This document shows, piece after piece, positions 36,494-46,166 of a stretch of DNA of 57,801 nt (position 1 is its first letter; each line of letters begins with the position of its first letter). The position numbers were made by a program, and so were the translations under genes. The DNA is from a virus (Duplodnaviria; Caudoviricetes): the IMG/VR virus record IMGVR_UViG_3300028146_000012, positions 1 to 57,801 of that record; one strand, written 5' to 3'. The notes below the pieces were generated by a model. The model did not search any database and had not been told where the DNA came from. It worked only from the letters and a program-made list of their open reading frames with translations.

Positions 36494-37231
36494 ATGGCAA
36501 ATCGTAATTGGTCCAATGGCGGTCGTCTTTGGATTCCCCACACTTCTCCAGTACTTATAGACTGTAACTTCGTAGTAGACTCTACGAACGGCAACGGCCT
36601 AGGCATCAGAAGCCTTAAAGGTCCGATGGTGCAGAACGTATTTATGCATACTACGTCGACCCCCGGTGCAGGCAACTCTAACCCATCAAGCCCTAACGTA
36701 GTTGTGACGAATCCAAATCCAGCATCCGGTACGATTATAGTGCAGTTCCAGGATAACTATAACCGGAGCTTTTCAGGCTGTAATGCAATCGTAAGCCCTA
36801 TCGGTAGCTCTACAAAGGTTGATAACTCAGCACTTACAATTGGCGTAGCTTATACGATTATCGTGCCTGGCAACTCAACGCTTGCTCAAATGCAATCTAT
36901 TGGACTTCCAATCGGTTTGTCTAACACAGTAGGCACTACATTCATAGCCACTGCAGTAGGTATCTCTGGTGAAGCCAATACATCGACTACACGAGTAGCT
37001 CCAGCAGCAGACGCAGGCTCTGGTATATTCTCTATTGAGACGGTGGGTGATCCAAATCAGTCTTTGTCTCCGAATCCTTCAGCAAATCAAGGTTTTGGCG
37101 GACAGATCATCCTTCAATGCCGTAAAGATAGCTCAAGCGATGCACCAACAGTAGCTGCGCCAGCAGATGGCAGTGTAATCAGCCTGTGTTTTTACTTATC
37201 GAATTCTTCGGTACAGGTTGCAGGGGAATAA
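36494..37231 (+). CDS. Virion structural protein (decoration or tail-associated)
   Basis: GAGGT SD; Ser/Thr/Gly-rich beta composition; position. Confidence 0.6.
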   Translation: MANRNWSNGGRLWIPHTSPVLIDCNFVVDSTNGNGLGIRSLKGPMVQNVFMHTTSTPGAGNSNPSSPNVVVTNPNPASGTIIVQFQDNYNRSFSGCNAIVSPIGSSTKVDNSALTIGVAYTIIVPGNSTLAQMQSIGLPIGLSNTVGTTFIATAVGISGEANTSTTRVAPAADAGSGIFSIETVGDPNQSLSPNPSANQGFGGQIILQCRKDSSSDAPTVAAPADGSVISLCFYLSNSSVQVAGE

Positions 37232-37254
37232 GCTCCTAAAATCAAGGAGTTAGT

Positions 37255-37710
37255 ATGGCTAGACCAGCCAAAACAATCTGCGAAAAGCACAATATGTCGC
37301 GCGTATTTTATCCAAGAATACGCGATGGTATATTGGGTCGTGAGTCTTATTGCAAACAATGTGATAAAGAACGTCGACCTAAATATAAACACAAACAATC
37401 ACAATACCGCCAAAAATGGCGCAATGAATCTGGCGGTAAAGAAACAGAAAAAAACGCATTTTTACTTCGAACATACGGCATTACTTTAAACGAATTCAAT
37501 ATTATGCGTCGAGATCAAAATTATAAATGCGCTATTTGTACGCGGCATGAATCTGAATTTAAAACAGGACTTCATGTAGATCATATACACGGCACTAAAA
37601 TAGTTCGAGGTTTACTGTGTGGAGATTGCAATAAAGCGTGCGGCTTATTGCAAGAAAATCCAGAAATAGCATTAAAAGCAGCTAGTTACATAGTTATGAA
37701 GGGCAATTAA
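37255..37710 (+). CDS. Free-standing endonuclease VII-family homing endonuclease
   Basis: SYCKQC, YGITL, QNYKCAIC...LHVDHIH...VRGLLCGDCN. Confidence 0.85.
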   Translation: MARPAKTICEKHNMSRVFYPRIRDGILGRESYCKQCDKERRPKYKHKQSQYRQKWRNESGGKETEKNAFLLRTYGITLNEFNIMRRDQNYKCAICTRHESEFKTGLHVDHIHGTKIVRGLLCGDCNKACGLLQENPEIALKAASYIVMKGN

Positions 37711-37711
37711 T

Positions 37712-38782
37712 ATGGCTGGAGCGCCAGGAATCCCACAAGGATTTATAGCCCAAACTGCCAACATGGTAAATCTCATTTCGTGGGATTTATCTGCTGGTGC
37801 GACTAGCTACCTCGTACAGCGCAGCCTTGATAATGTAACATATACGCCATTAGTGACTATATCAGGCAGTCCTCTAGCTACAAGCTACCTAGACACAGCA
37901 GTGACATCAGGCATCCAATACTGGTATATTGTGGCCGCGTCGAGCACAGGGGGGACGAGTTCTTATACCAATCCGCAAACAGTTACTCCAGCGCCAACAG
38001 GTGAATGGAGTTTAGGCGCATTGCGGCAAGCAGCACAGCAACGCGCAGACAGAGTGAATAGCCAATTCGTTACTACGCAGGAATGGAATAGTTACATAAA
38101 ACAGGCTATGTTTGAGCTATATGACTTACTCGTGACGTGCTATGAGGACTACTTCCTAGCAACACCCCTACAGTTCACAGCCGATGGGGTTACATTCCAA
38201 TATCCACTGCCTAATGGAGTTAACTCGTATTTCAATGGTATTACACTTCAACCAGGTTATATCGCACCGCCATTCTATAAAATCATGGGAGTAGATCTTG
38301 CGCTTAATAATGCTAATAATAGCTATGTTACTATTAATAAATTTAATTTTATTGATCGTAACAGGTTTGTTTACCCCAACACTGCTTCCACTATCTATGG
38401 TGTGTTTAATCTTCAATATAGGGTACTTGGCAACGTCCTGGAGTTTATACCTACACCATCGGGCGGACAAGGCATCCGAGTCTGGTATATCCCAAGAATG
38501 ACTGAGCTTTTAACCGACACTGATACCACGGACTTCGGTATTTCAGGCTGGCAAGAATATGTCATCGTACGTGCAGCTAAATACGCTTTAGACAAGGAAG
38601 AATCAGACACTACGATATTGACTCAAGAGATTGCATTCCTTAAACAGCGTATAGAAGAGACCGCCAGTAATAGAGATGCAGGACAGCCTGATAGGATTTC
38701 TGATACCCGCTCAGGCAACGGCGGTAATTGGGGCAGCGGCGGCTATGGTAGTGGTTTTAATGGCGGCACGGCGGGTTTTTGA
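37712..38782 (+). CDS. Head-tail adaptor/tail tubular A-like protein with an N-terminal FN3-like domain
   Basis: ISW..SAGATSYLVQRS...YLDT...YWYIVAA; QQRAD...EWNSYI..A..ELYDLL; GWQEYVIV.AA. Confidence 0.6.
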   Translation: MAGAPGIPQGFIAQTANMVNLISWDLSAGATSYLVQRSLDNVTYTPLVTISGSPLATSYLDTAVTSGIQYWYIVAASSTGGTSSYTNPQTVTPAPTGEWSLGALRQAAQQRADRVNSQFVTTQEWNSYIKQAMFELYDLLVTCYEDYFLATPLQFTADGVTFQYPLPNGVNSYFNGITLQPGYIAPPFYKIMGVDLALNNANNSYVTINKFNFIDRNRFVYPNTASTIYGVFNLQYRVLGNVLEFIPTPSGGQGIRVWYIPRMTELLTDTDTTDFGISGWQEYVIVRAAKYALDKEESDTTILTQEIAFLKQRIEETASNRDAGQPDRISDTRSGNGGNWGSGGYGSGFNGGTAGF

Positions 38783-38791
38783 TGGTGTCAA

Positions 38792-39088
38792 ATGGCTGAA
38801 CTAGCACAAAAACTTACCCTTCCGCAAATGCAAACGAAGTGGGCTTCGCAACTCAACCCTTTGTTATCAAAAGAGATTACTAAAGGGCAGCTCCTCCAGG
38901 ATATTGTGTTAATCAACGGTAAGACCGTAGTGAATCATAAGCTAGGCCGTCCGCTAATAGGGTATTGGGTAGTATTGAAGAATGCAGCAGCGGAGATATA
39001 CGACAGCCAGGATACGAATCAGATGCCTCAGTTAACCCTAGTACTTAACTCTAACGCAGCGGTCACTGTATCGCTATGGGTTTTCTGA
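38792..39088 (+). CDS. Small tail-module protein
   Basis: VNHKLGRP..GY motif; ends VSLWVF. Confidence 0.55.
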   Translation: MAELAQKLTLPQMQTKWASQLNPLLSKEITKGQLLQDIVLINGKTVVNHKLGRPLIGYWVVLKNAAAEIYDSQDTNQMPQLTLVLNSNAAVTVSLWVF

Positions 39089-39507
39089 TGAAAAACTGTA
39101 CTCACAGAGATTGCGTGCAAATAAATCCTCAGCCGTTTAGCAATTTTAACAAACATCCTCAAATGAATGATGGATATGGCTCTAATTGCAAAATGTGTCA
39201 GCGGCGTTTAAATAAAGCATCCACTAAAAAATGGAAGAAAAATAATCCGGGAAAAGCAGCTAGTTATCAAATGAAACGATATGCAGCTAAGTTGCAAAGA
39301 ACTCCTAAGTGGTTGACTGAAGAACAACTAAAAGAAATACAGCAGTTTTATATGAATGCAGAATATCTAACTAATTATACAAAAATAAAATTTGAAGTAG
39401 ATCATATAATTCCGCTTCAAGGTGAAAATATTAGCGGCTTACATGTGCCATCTAATCTTCAATTAATAACAGCAGAAGAAAACGTACGAAAACATAATAA
39501 GTGGTAA
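39088..39507 (+). CDS. Free-standing HNH endonuclease, same family as 4761-5306
   Basis: TPKWL...EVDHIIPLQGENISGLHVPSNLQLITAEENVRKHN. Confidence 0.88.
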   Translation: MKNCTHRDCVQINPQPFSNFNKHPQMNDGYGSNCKMCQRRLNKASTKKWKKNNPGKAASYQMKRYAAKLQRTPKWLTEEQLKEIQQFYMNAEYLTNYTKIKFEVDHIIPLQGENISGLHVPSNLQLITAEENVRKHNKW

Positions 39508-39512
39508 TGCTA

Positions 39513-41090
39513 ATGGCAAATACAATCAGTCCTAATATGAGTCTTGTCGTACCAGCAGTAGGCAATGAAGCCGGCCCGACCTATGCCTTCGATGTAAACA
39601 CAAGCCTAACGCTTATAGATCAGCACGACCATAGCCCCGGTAAAGGCGTTAGGATTACTCCAGCCGGTATAAATATAAACGCGACATTGAATTTCAACAA
39701 CAACACAGCTGCGAATCTCGCAAGCCTATCGATGATACCACAGGGATCGCCTACATCGAATGTCGATTCTATTTCAACCTCAGCGGTATCTGGTATTGCA
39801 GAACTATGGTATACGGATAGTAACGGAACGCAAACCCAGATTACGAGTAACGGCACAGTAAATGCAACAGTAGCAAGCGTTTCAGGCCTTACATACAATA
39901 TCATAGCGGCCAGTACTTGGGCATTCAACCAAGCCCAAAGCAGCCTGCCTACAACGCCTGCTAACCTCTCTATTGGCAGCTTAATCCTACAGCCAAATGT
40001 AGCAAGCACGACTGTCAGCACGGAGCTTGTGCCGCCTAGTTCTGGGAATTACACGATTGGCCTGCCTGTGCCACAGACGGAAGGCTATACAGGCGTGCCG
40101 AATTTCGTCACTATGGATCAGTCTGGACAGCAGACTAATACATACTTCCTAGACAACACAACGTTGAATGCATCTGGTAATGCAGTACAAGTCAAGCCTG
40201 GCGGCATAACCACTACTCAGATCAGCTCTTCAGCCGGCATTCTTAAGACCCAGCTCGCCGCATCGGCTTTCGAGTGGGATAGCCAAGCCATTACGACTTC
40301 CGGCACGTTCACAGTACCCACGGGCGTGAACTTCTTGCTCGTTGAAGGTTGTGGTGGTGGTGGCGGCGGAGGAGGAGGCGGCGGAGCGAATAACTTTGCT
40401 GGCGGCGGCGGAGCCGGTGGCGCAGGAGCAACACCTCAGATCATACCGCTTACTGTAACTCCAGGCGCTAGCCTTACAGTTACTATAGGCGCGGGCGGAG
40501 CTGGAGGCGGCGGTGCAGGCGGCAGTACAGGAACTCTAGGTACGAAAGGCTCGGACGGTACGGAGTCTTCAATAGCTAACGGCGCAACTATCATAGCTCT
40601 TTTCGGAGCAGGTGCGGGCGGACTCGGCGGCACAGGCGGTAACGCCAACAACCCTAATAATGCCTCGCCTAATACTTCATGGAGTGCAACTACTTATGCA
40701 GGATACGCAGCAAGCGCAACACTCGGCGGAGGCGGAGGGGTTGGCGAGACAGCAGGCGGCGGGAATAACGGCGGCGACGCTGGTGTAAACCTCTTTACTG
40801 CACTACATGCCACGAAAGGCTCGGCAGGGACTGTAGCTGGAGGCACGGCATCCGGCGGAGGCGGCGGCGGAGGCGGCAGCGGTTACGCAGCAGGCGGTAA
40901 CGGCGGTAACGGCGGATCTTCTTCTGGAGCTAACGGATCAAATGGTACGGCTGCAGTATCAACGCATTATGGCGCAGGCGGTGGCGCAGGCGGCGGCGGC
41001 GGCAAAAACGGCGGCTCGAACTTCTCAGGCGGTAATGGCGCGGCAGGTGCGGGCGGCCAAATCATTATTTACTGGCAAACGAATAGCTAA
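39513..41090 (+). CDS. Tail fibre-like protein with a glycine-rich C-terminal domain
   Basis: IDQHDHSPGKGV.I anchor region; SGTFTVPTGV...GCGGGGGG; final GAGGQIIIYW. Confidence 0.7.
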   Translation: MANTISPNMSLVVPAVGNEAGPTYAFDVNTSLTLIDQHDHSPGKGVRITPAGININATLNFNNNTAANLASLSMIPQGSPTSNVDSISTSAVSGIAELWYTDSNGTQTQITSNGTVNATVASVSGLTYNIIAASTWAFNQAQSSLPTTPANLSIGSLILQPNVASTTVSTELVPPSSGNYTIGLPVPQTEGYTGVPNFVTMDQSGQQTNTYFLDNTTLNASGNAVQVKPGGITTTQISSSAGILKTQLAASAFEWDSQAITTSGTFTVPTGVNFLLVEGCGGGGGGGGGGGANNFAGGGGAGGAGATPQIIPLTVTPGASLTVTIGAGGAGGGGAGGSTGTLGTKGSDGTESSIANGATIIALFGAGAGGLGGTGGNANNPNNASPNTSWSATTYAGYAASATLGGGGGVGETAGGGNNGGDAGVNLFTALHATKGSAGTVAGGTASGGGGGGGGSGYAAGGNGGNGGSSSGANGSNGTAAVSTHYGAGGGAGGGGGKNGGSNFSGGNGAAGAGGQIIIYWQTNS

Positions 41091-44000
41091 TGGCTCTAAC
41101 TAAGCAGCCTTTCTCATTGAATTTCATGAAAGGAATGGACACAAAAACAGATCCATTCCAAATCCCTATGGATTCGTTTACGCTTTTAACGAATTCTGTA
41201 TTTACAACTCTTGGTAGACTCACGAAACGTAATGGCTTCCAAAGTATTACAAGTCTACCAAACGCGCTACAAACAAATCTCACGACTCTTAATGATAATC
41301 TAATCGCAACAGGCACAGATCTCTATGCTTTCAATGCTGACGCCAATCAATGGCTTAATAAAGGCATAGTTCAACCTGTTCAGCTCTCTACGAATACGAT
41401 TACTAGGACATCTACATCACAGTCTAGCTCAGATGCCGCCGTAGCGTCCAATAATCTAGTATGTACGGTCTATAATGATAGCAATGGAAGCGCATACTAT
41501 CAGATCTCAGATTCAGTTACAGGCCAACAGATAATCCCTAGAGTGAAATTAGAAGCAACAGCAGTTAATCCCAGAGCGTTTGTACTAGGGAATTACTTCA
41601 TAGTAGTTTACATGGCAACAGTCGGTACACCAAGCCTTAGGTATGTCGCAATACCATTAGTGAATGTCCAGGCGCCTAGAGCCGCCGCTACGTTTAGTTC
41701 CTCAGTATCAGCGATAACTGATGGATATGACGGAATAGTAATAAATAATTCCTTATTTATATCATGGTCGTCGTCTTCATCGTCGATCCGTACTGGGTTT
41801 ATAACATCTGCATTAATCGTGTCTTCATCTGTATCTAATACGACTTCTGGTGTTACATCGCTTGTAAGCCTAGCAAATGACTTAACAAACAGCAGACTTT
41901 ACGTAACGTATTACTCTAACGGCACTATAGATAGTATTAGTTATAATTATGCCCTTGCGCAGCAGATGACCACAACCACGGACGTAACCGCTGCTAATAT
42001 CGCCACCCTTACCAGTGTATTTTTGAGTGGAATCCTCTATGTATTCTATGAAACAACGAATCTAGTAACGCAATTAAACAGCACAGATCAGAACTTTATA
42101 TCTGGAGTGCAAGTAACGCCTCCAATAGGCGCCGGAACAGGCACTCCAGGATCTCCATATGTAATTCTTAGGTCTCTAGGATTGGCATCTAAAGCATTCA
42201 TTCAATATCAATACATAATCAACAACGAGCCAAACATTGTTGTTACGTCGAATGTACTTCCAGGGCTGCCCGCCAACCAATACACTGTTATTAGCTCAAC
42301 GATTTACATGCTAACGGCATATGGTGAGCCTGCAACGCCTGCTCCTCCATCCGTACCTACAACGCCGCCTACATCTAATGAGCCTACTTACTTTTTAATT
42401 GACAGTACAGGTCAGATATATATGCGGCTAGCCTTCGCTAATGGCGGCGGCTACGAGACTACACAAGTCTTATCAAATGTATCGTTTTTAAATGGTTCTT
42501 GGTATGTCTCATATCTCTATAAGGACTTACTCACTACAGTGAATAAAGGTACTGCGACTGGCCTTCCATCTGCTGCTATATACACACAGACAGGCGTAAA
42601 TCTCGCGACTTTCAGTATTAATGCAACCCAACAATACTCAAGCGAAATCGCAGGCAGCCTGCATCTCACAGGCGGAATGCTTTGGCAATACGACGGCGTA
42701 GCGCCTATAGAGCATAACTTCCATGTATGGCCTGAAGATCAAGCAGGCGCATGGTCCACTACTGGCGGTAGTATACACGCTCAACCAGACGGCGCTACTA
42801 ATACGAATGCCTATTGGTATGAATTTACATATGAATGGACAGATGCGACTGGTAATCTCCATCGATCTGCACCTAGCATTCCAGTCCCTATAACGACGAC
42901 AGGTTCTGGTACGACCGGCAGTATTACTTTTCATGTACCTACGCTTCGGCTGACATCGAAACAACCAAACCCAATAGAGGTTGCAGCAGGCGCGCCCGTA
43001 ACTAATCCTATCCGTATTGTTGGATATCGTTGGAGTGTAGCGCAGCAAGTATATTACCAATTCACTAGCATTCAAAATCCTGTGTTGAATGACCCAACTA
43101 TGGACTACGTAACTATAGTCGATACATCTGCAGATGCTTCTATATTAGGGAATGCAATCCTGTATACAACTGGCGGCGTTGTAGAAGATATCGCAGCCCC
43201 AGCATCTGTTGCATCTACGTTATTCAATAACAGGCTTTGGCTTGTTGATGCAGAAGATAGAAACTTGCTGTGGTATTCAAAACAAGTAATCGAAGCCGTA
43301 CCAGTAGAAATGTCAGACTTATTGACTATTTACGTTGCTCCTACATCTGGCGCACAAGGGTCGACAGGCGAGATTACGGCTTTAGCTCCAATGGATGATA
43401 AACTCGTGATCTTTAAGCGAGATGCAATCTATTACATTAATGGTATTGGTCCTGACAATACAGGAGCAAACAGCCAATACTCAGACCCGATATTCATTAC
43501 GTCTGCAGTAGGCTGTAATAATCCTAATTCCATAGTATTGATGCAAAACGGATTGATGTTCCAATCAGATAAAGGCATTTGGCTATTAGGTCGAGATCTC
43601 TCTACGAACTACATTGGTGCGCCAGTAGAGGCTTATAACAATCTGACTGTTATGTCTGCGCAAAGTATTCCAGCTACAAACCAAGTCCGATTCATAATGA
43701 ATGAAAATATTACATTGATGTACGACTATTACGTAAATCAATGGGGAAAGCACACTAATATTTCAGCTATATCGGGTACTCTCTATCAGAACTTCCAAAC
43801 GTATTTAAATGAGTTCGGCTCGGTATTTCAAGAAACACCAGGTGTGTTCGTAGATGGCGCAGAGCCTGTGCTTATGAGTCTCACTACGGCATGGATAAAC
43901 ATGGCGGGGCTCCAAGGCTATGAACGGTTCTATTTTGGCTATCTCCTAGGTACATACTTCACGCCGTTTACATTGGACGTACAGCTTGCCTATGACTACA

Positions 44001-44329
44001 ACCCAAGTCCGATCCAGAACATCACAGTGCGTCCTGATAACTATTCTCTGCCGTGGGGCGGCGAGGCACAGTGGGGATCTGGAGCGAGTTGGGGTTCTGG
44101 TACTAGTCCTAGCTCTGGGAGCGGCGGCACAGCCAACGTATTCGAGGCACGATTCTTCCCTCAATTCCAGAAATGCGAGTCATTCCAAGTAACTATAAAC
44201 GAAGTCTATGATCCAACGATAGGCGCAGCAGCAGGACAAGGCTTATCACTTTCAGGTTTGAATTTAATCGTTGGTATGAAAAAAGGCTACAGAACACAAC
44301 GTGCTTCAAGAAGTTTTGGCAGAAATTAA
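41090..44329 (+). CDS. Tail nozzle/tubular B-like (stabilisation) protein
   Basis: 1079 aa, beta-rich; GMDTKTDP, LTKRNG, NRLW, LWYSK, LVIFK, VGC..P.SI, FQSDKGIWLL. Confidence 0.7.
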   Translation: MALTKQPFSLNFMKGMDTKTDPFQIPMDSFTLLTNSVFTTLGRLTKRNGFQSITSLPNALQTNLTTLNDNLIATGTDLYAFNADANQWLNKGIVQPVQLSTNTITRTSTSQSSSDAAVASNNLVCTVYNDSNGSAYYQISDSVTGQQIIPRVKLEATAVNPRAFVLGNYFIVVYMATVGTPSLRYVAIPLVNVQAPRAAATFSSSVSAITDGYDGIVINNSLFISWSSSSSSIRTGFITSALIVSSSVSNTTSGVTSLVSLANDLTNSRLYVTYYSNGTIDSISYNYALAQQMTTTTDVTAANIATLTSVFLSGILYVFYETTNLVTQLNSTDQNFISGVQVTPPIGAGTGTPGSPYVILRSLGLASKAFIQYQYIINNEPNIVVTSNVLPGLPANQYTVISSTIYMLTAYGEPATPAPPSVPTTPPTSNEPTYFLIDSTGQIYMRLAFANGGGYETTQVLSNVSFLNGSWYVSYLYKDLLTTVNKGTATGLPSAAIYTQTGVNLATFSINATQQYSSEIAGSLHLTGGMLWQYDGVAPIEHNFHVWPEDQAGAWSTTGGSIHAQPDGATNTNAYWYEFTYEWTDATGNLHRSAPSIPVPITTTGSGTTGSITFHVPTLRLTSKQPNPIEVAAGAPVTNPIRIVGYRWSVAQQVYYQFTSIQNPVLNDPTMDYVTIVDTSADASILGNAILYTTGGVVEDIAAPASVASTLFNNRLWLVDAEDRNLLWYSKQVIEAVPVEMSDLLTIYVAPTSGAQGSTGEITALAPMDDKLVIFKRDAIYYINGIGPDNTGANSQYSDPIFITSAVGCNNPNSIVLMQNGLMFQSDKGIWLLGRDLSTNYIGAPVEAYNNLTVMSAQSIPATNQVRFIMNENITLMYDYYVNQWGKHTNISAISGTLYQNFQTYLNEFGSVFQETPGVFVDGAEPVLMSLTTAWINMAGLQGYERFYFGYLLGTYFTPFTLDVQLAYDYNPSPIQNITVRPDNYSLPWGGEAQWGSGASWGSGTSPSSGSGGTANVFEARFFPQFQKCESFQVTINEVYDPTIGAAAGQGLSLSGLNLIVGMKKGYRTQRASRSFGRN

Positions 44330-44726
44330 AGTCTACCCATTTAAAGTGTCTAAACACTTAGAATTACTGCAAGAAATGCTGCATTCACAGCAATATGATT
44401 CGCCTATACTAGGTTCTTCAATACCTAAAATAGGATATATCGCAATGCTAGGCGATCAGCCATTAGCAGCAGGCTTTCTAAGAAGAGTTGAGTGTGATGT
44501 CGTAGCGCAGATAGACGGACTTACAAGCAATAAGGCATTCGGCAGTATACTTAGACATAAAGCCATTGATATGGTTGTAGATCAGATAATCCTTGAAGCT
44601 AAATCAATGAAAATCCAAGGCATTATAGCATTTACTAAAGAGATTAGTGTAATTAATCGTGCAAAACAACGGAATTTCTCGGTTTTATCTGAAATCGTTA
44701 TTTCTTGTACTTTATCGCATATATAG
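44301..44726 (+). CDS. Possible GNAT-fold protein between nozzle and ejection genes
   Basis: Position; LAAGFLRR, RHKAID pattern. Confidence 0.45.
   Translation: MLQEVLAEIKVYPFKVSKHLELLQEMLHSQQYDSPILGSSIPKIGYIAMLGDQPLAAGFLRRVECDVVAQIDGLTSNKAFGSILRHKAIDMVVDQIILEAKSMKIQGIIAFTKEISVINRAKQRNFSVLSEIVISCTLSHI
44712..44726 (+). promoter_or_regulatory. Putative late promoter motif, copy 3
   Basis: TTATCGCATATATAG; the 20-mer GTACTTTATCGCATATATAG is identical to 18642-18661. Confidence 0.6.
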
Positions 44727-44756
44727 GCTCGAAGATTTAGCCGAACGGAGTGACTT

Positions 44757-46166
44757 TTGGGTTTTGTAGGTGGTCTTCTCGGTACAGCAGGCGGTGCATT
44801 TGGCACAGGCGCAAACGTAACTAATCCTCAAGCTCAGATTCAGCCTACCACGGCAGCACAAGCCAATACAGCATATACAGGCACTCAAGACGCCCTTACA
44901 CAGCAACAAAACCTTTTAAACGCAATCCAAGCCCAAAACGGATTACAGAATCAAAGTCAGATCTACGGCCAACTCCAAAATATAGCATCTGGTCAAGGTC
45001 CTAATCCCGCCCAATCCATGCTTAACCAAGCAACCGGCCAAAACGTTGCTAATCAGGCTGCATTAATGGCCGGCCAACGCGGTTCAGGAGCCAATGCCGG
45101 TCTTATGGCGCGCCAAGCAGCACAGCAAGGCGCTGCAACTCAGCAGCAAGCCGTAGGTCAAGGTGCGACAATGCAAGCCCAACAGGCTTTAGGTGCTATT
45201 GGGCAGGCCGGACAGCTCGCAAATCAACAAGCCGCAAATCAGATAGGCGCTACCAGCGCAGTTACTGGCGCGCAAATGGGCGAGCAAAATCAATTACTCA
45301 ATGCAATCCAAGGCCAGAATTCTACGAATGCACAGCTCAGCGGAGCGCAGGCCGGTCTCGCTAATACCCAAATGCAAGGCCAACAAAACCTTTTAGGTAA
45401 TATTACAGGCGGGATAGGATCTGCATTAGGATTAGCAGAAGGCGGCAGAGTAATGGCAGCTAATGGCCTTTACGCCGATACTTCTACTGATAACTTCGAT
45501 ACTGCAACGCAGCCAACAGCACAAGCCGCTCCAATAGCAGCGCCCGCAGCTCCTTCTGCACCAACGATATCATCTGCCGCTACCCCAGCATCTACTGTTG
45601 GCAAGCATTTCTTTTCTCAAAACCAAAGCGCTAAGACTCCGCTAACCGGCATGTCTCTTGCAGGCAATGCAATAGGACAAGGCATTGGTAAAGGGCTGAA
45701 ATCTTTATTTGGGAATTCTAATACACCAGGTGCAGATGCTGCTTTCAAAGCTTTTGATAATGATAATTCCGTCCATTCCCAAGATCTCGTTACGCCAGGT
45801 ACAACGAGTACTCCCGCAACGTATACAAACGCTCCAGGCGGTGGCGCGCTAGACGTTACAGATCAAACCAAGATGGCGCACGGCGGTAAAGTAAAGGCGC
45901 TAGTTAGCCCCGGCGAAATCCGTATACATGCAAAAGACGTAAAGAAAGTAGCCGAAGGCAAGAAATCACCGCTTAAAGGCGAGAAAATACCTGGTAAACC
46001 CAAAGTCGGCGGCGCTAAGAACTCTTATGCAAATGATACGGTGCCTAAGACTTTGAATGAAGGCGATATTATCCTTCCGCGTAGTGTTACACAAGCAAAG
46101 CACCCACATTGGGCCGCCCATAAATTCGTTCAAGATATAATGATGCAAAAACATCGGAAGAAATAA
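44757..46166 (+). CDS. Internal virion/ejection protein 1
   Basis: TTG start after GGAG; Gln/Ala/Gly-rich; LAEGG, MAHGG. Confidence 0.65.
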   Translation: MGFVGGLLGTAGGAFGTGANVTNPQAQIQPTTAAQANTAYTGTQDALTQQQNLLNAIQAQNGLQNQSQIYGQLQNIASGQGPNPAQSMLNQATGQNVANQAALMAGQRGSGANAGLMARQAAQQGAATQQQAVGQGATMQAQQALGAIGQAGQLANQQAANQIGATSAVTGAQMGEQNQLLNAIQGQNSTNAQLSGAQAGLANTQMQGQQNLLGNITGGIGSALGLAEGGRVMAANGLYADTSTDNFDTATQPTAQAAPIAAPAAPSAPTISSAATPASTVGKHFFSQNQSAKTPLTGMSLAGNAIGQGIGKGLKSLFGNSNTPGADAAFKAFDNDNSVHSQDLVTPGTTSTPATYTNAPGGGALDVTDQTKMAHGGKVKALVSPGEIRIHAKDVKKVAEGKKSPLKGEKIPGKPKVGGAKNSYANDTVPKTLNEGDIILPRSVTQAKHPHWAAHKFVQDIMMQKHRKK

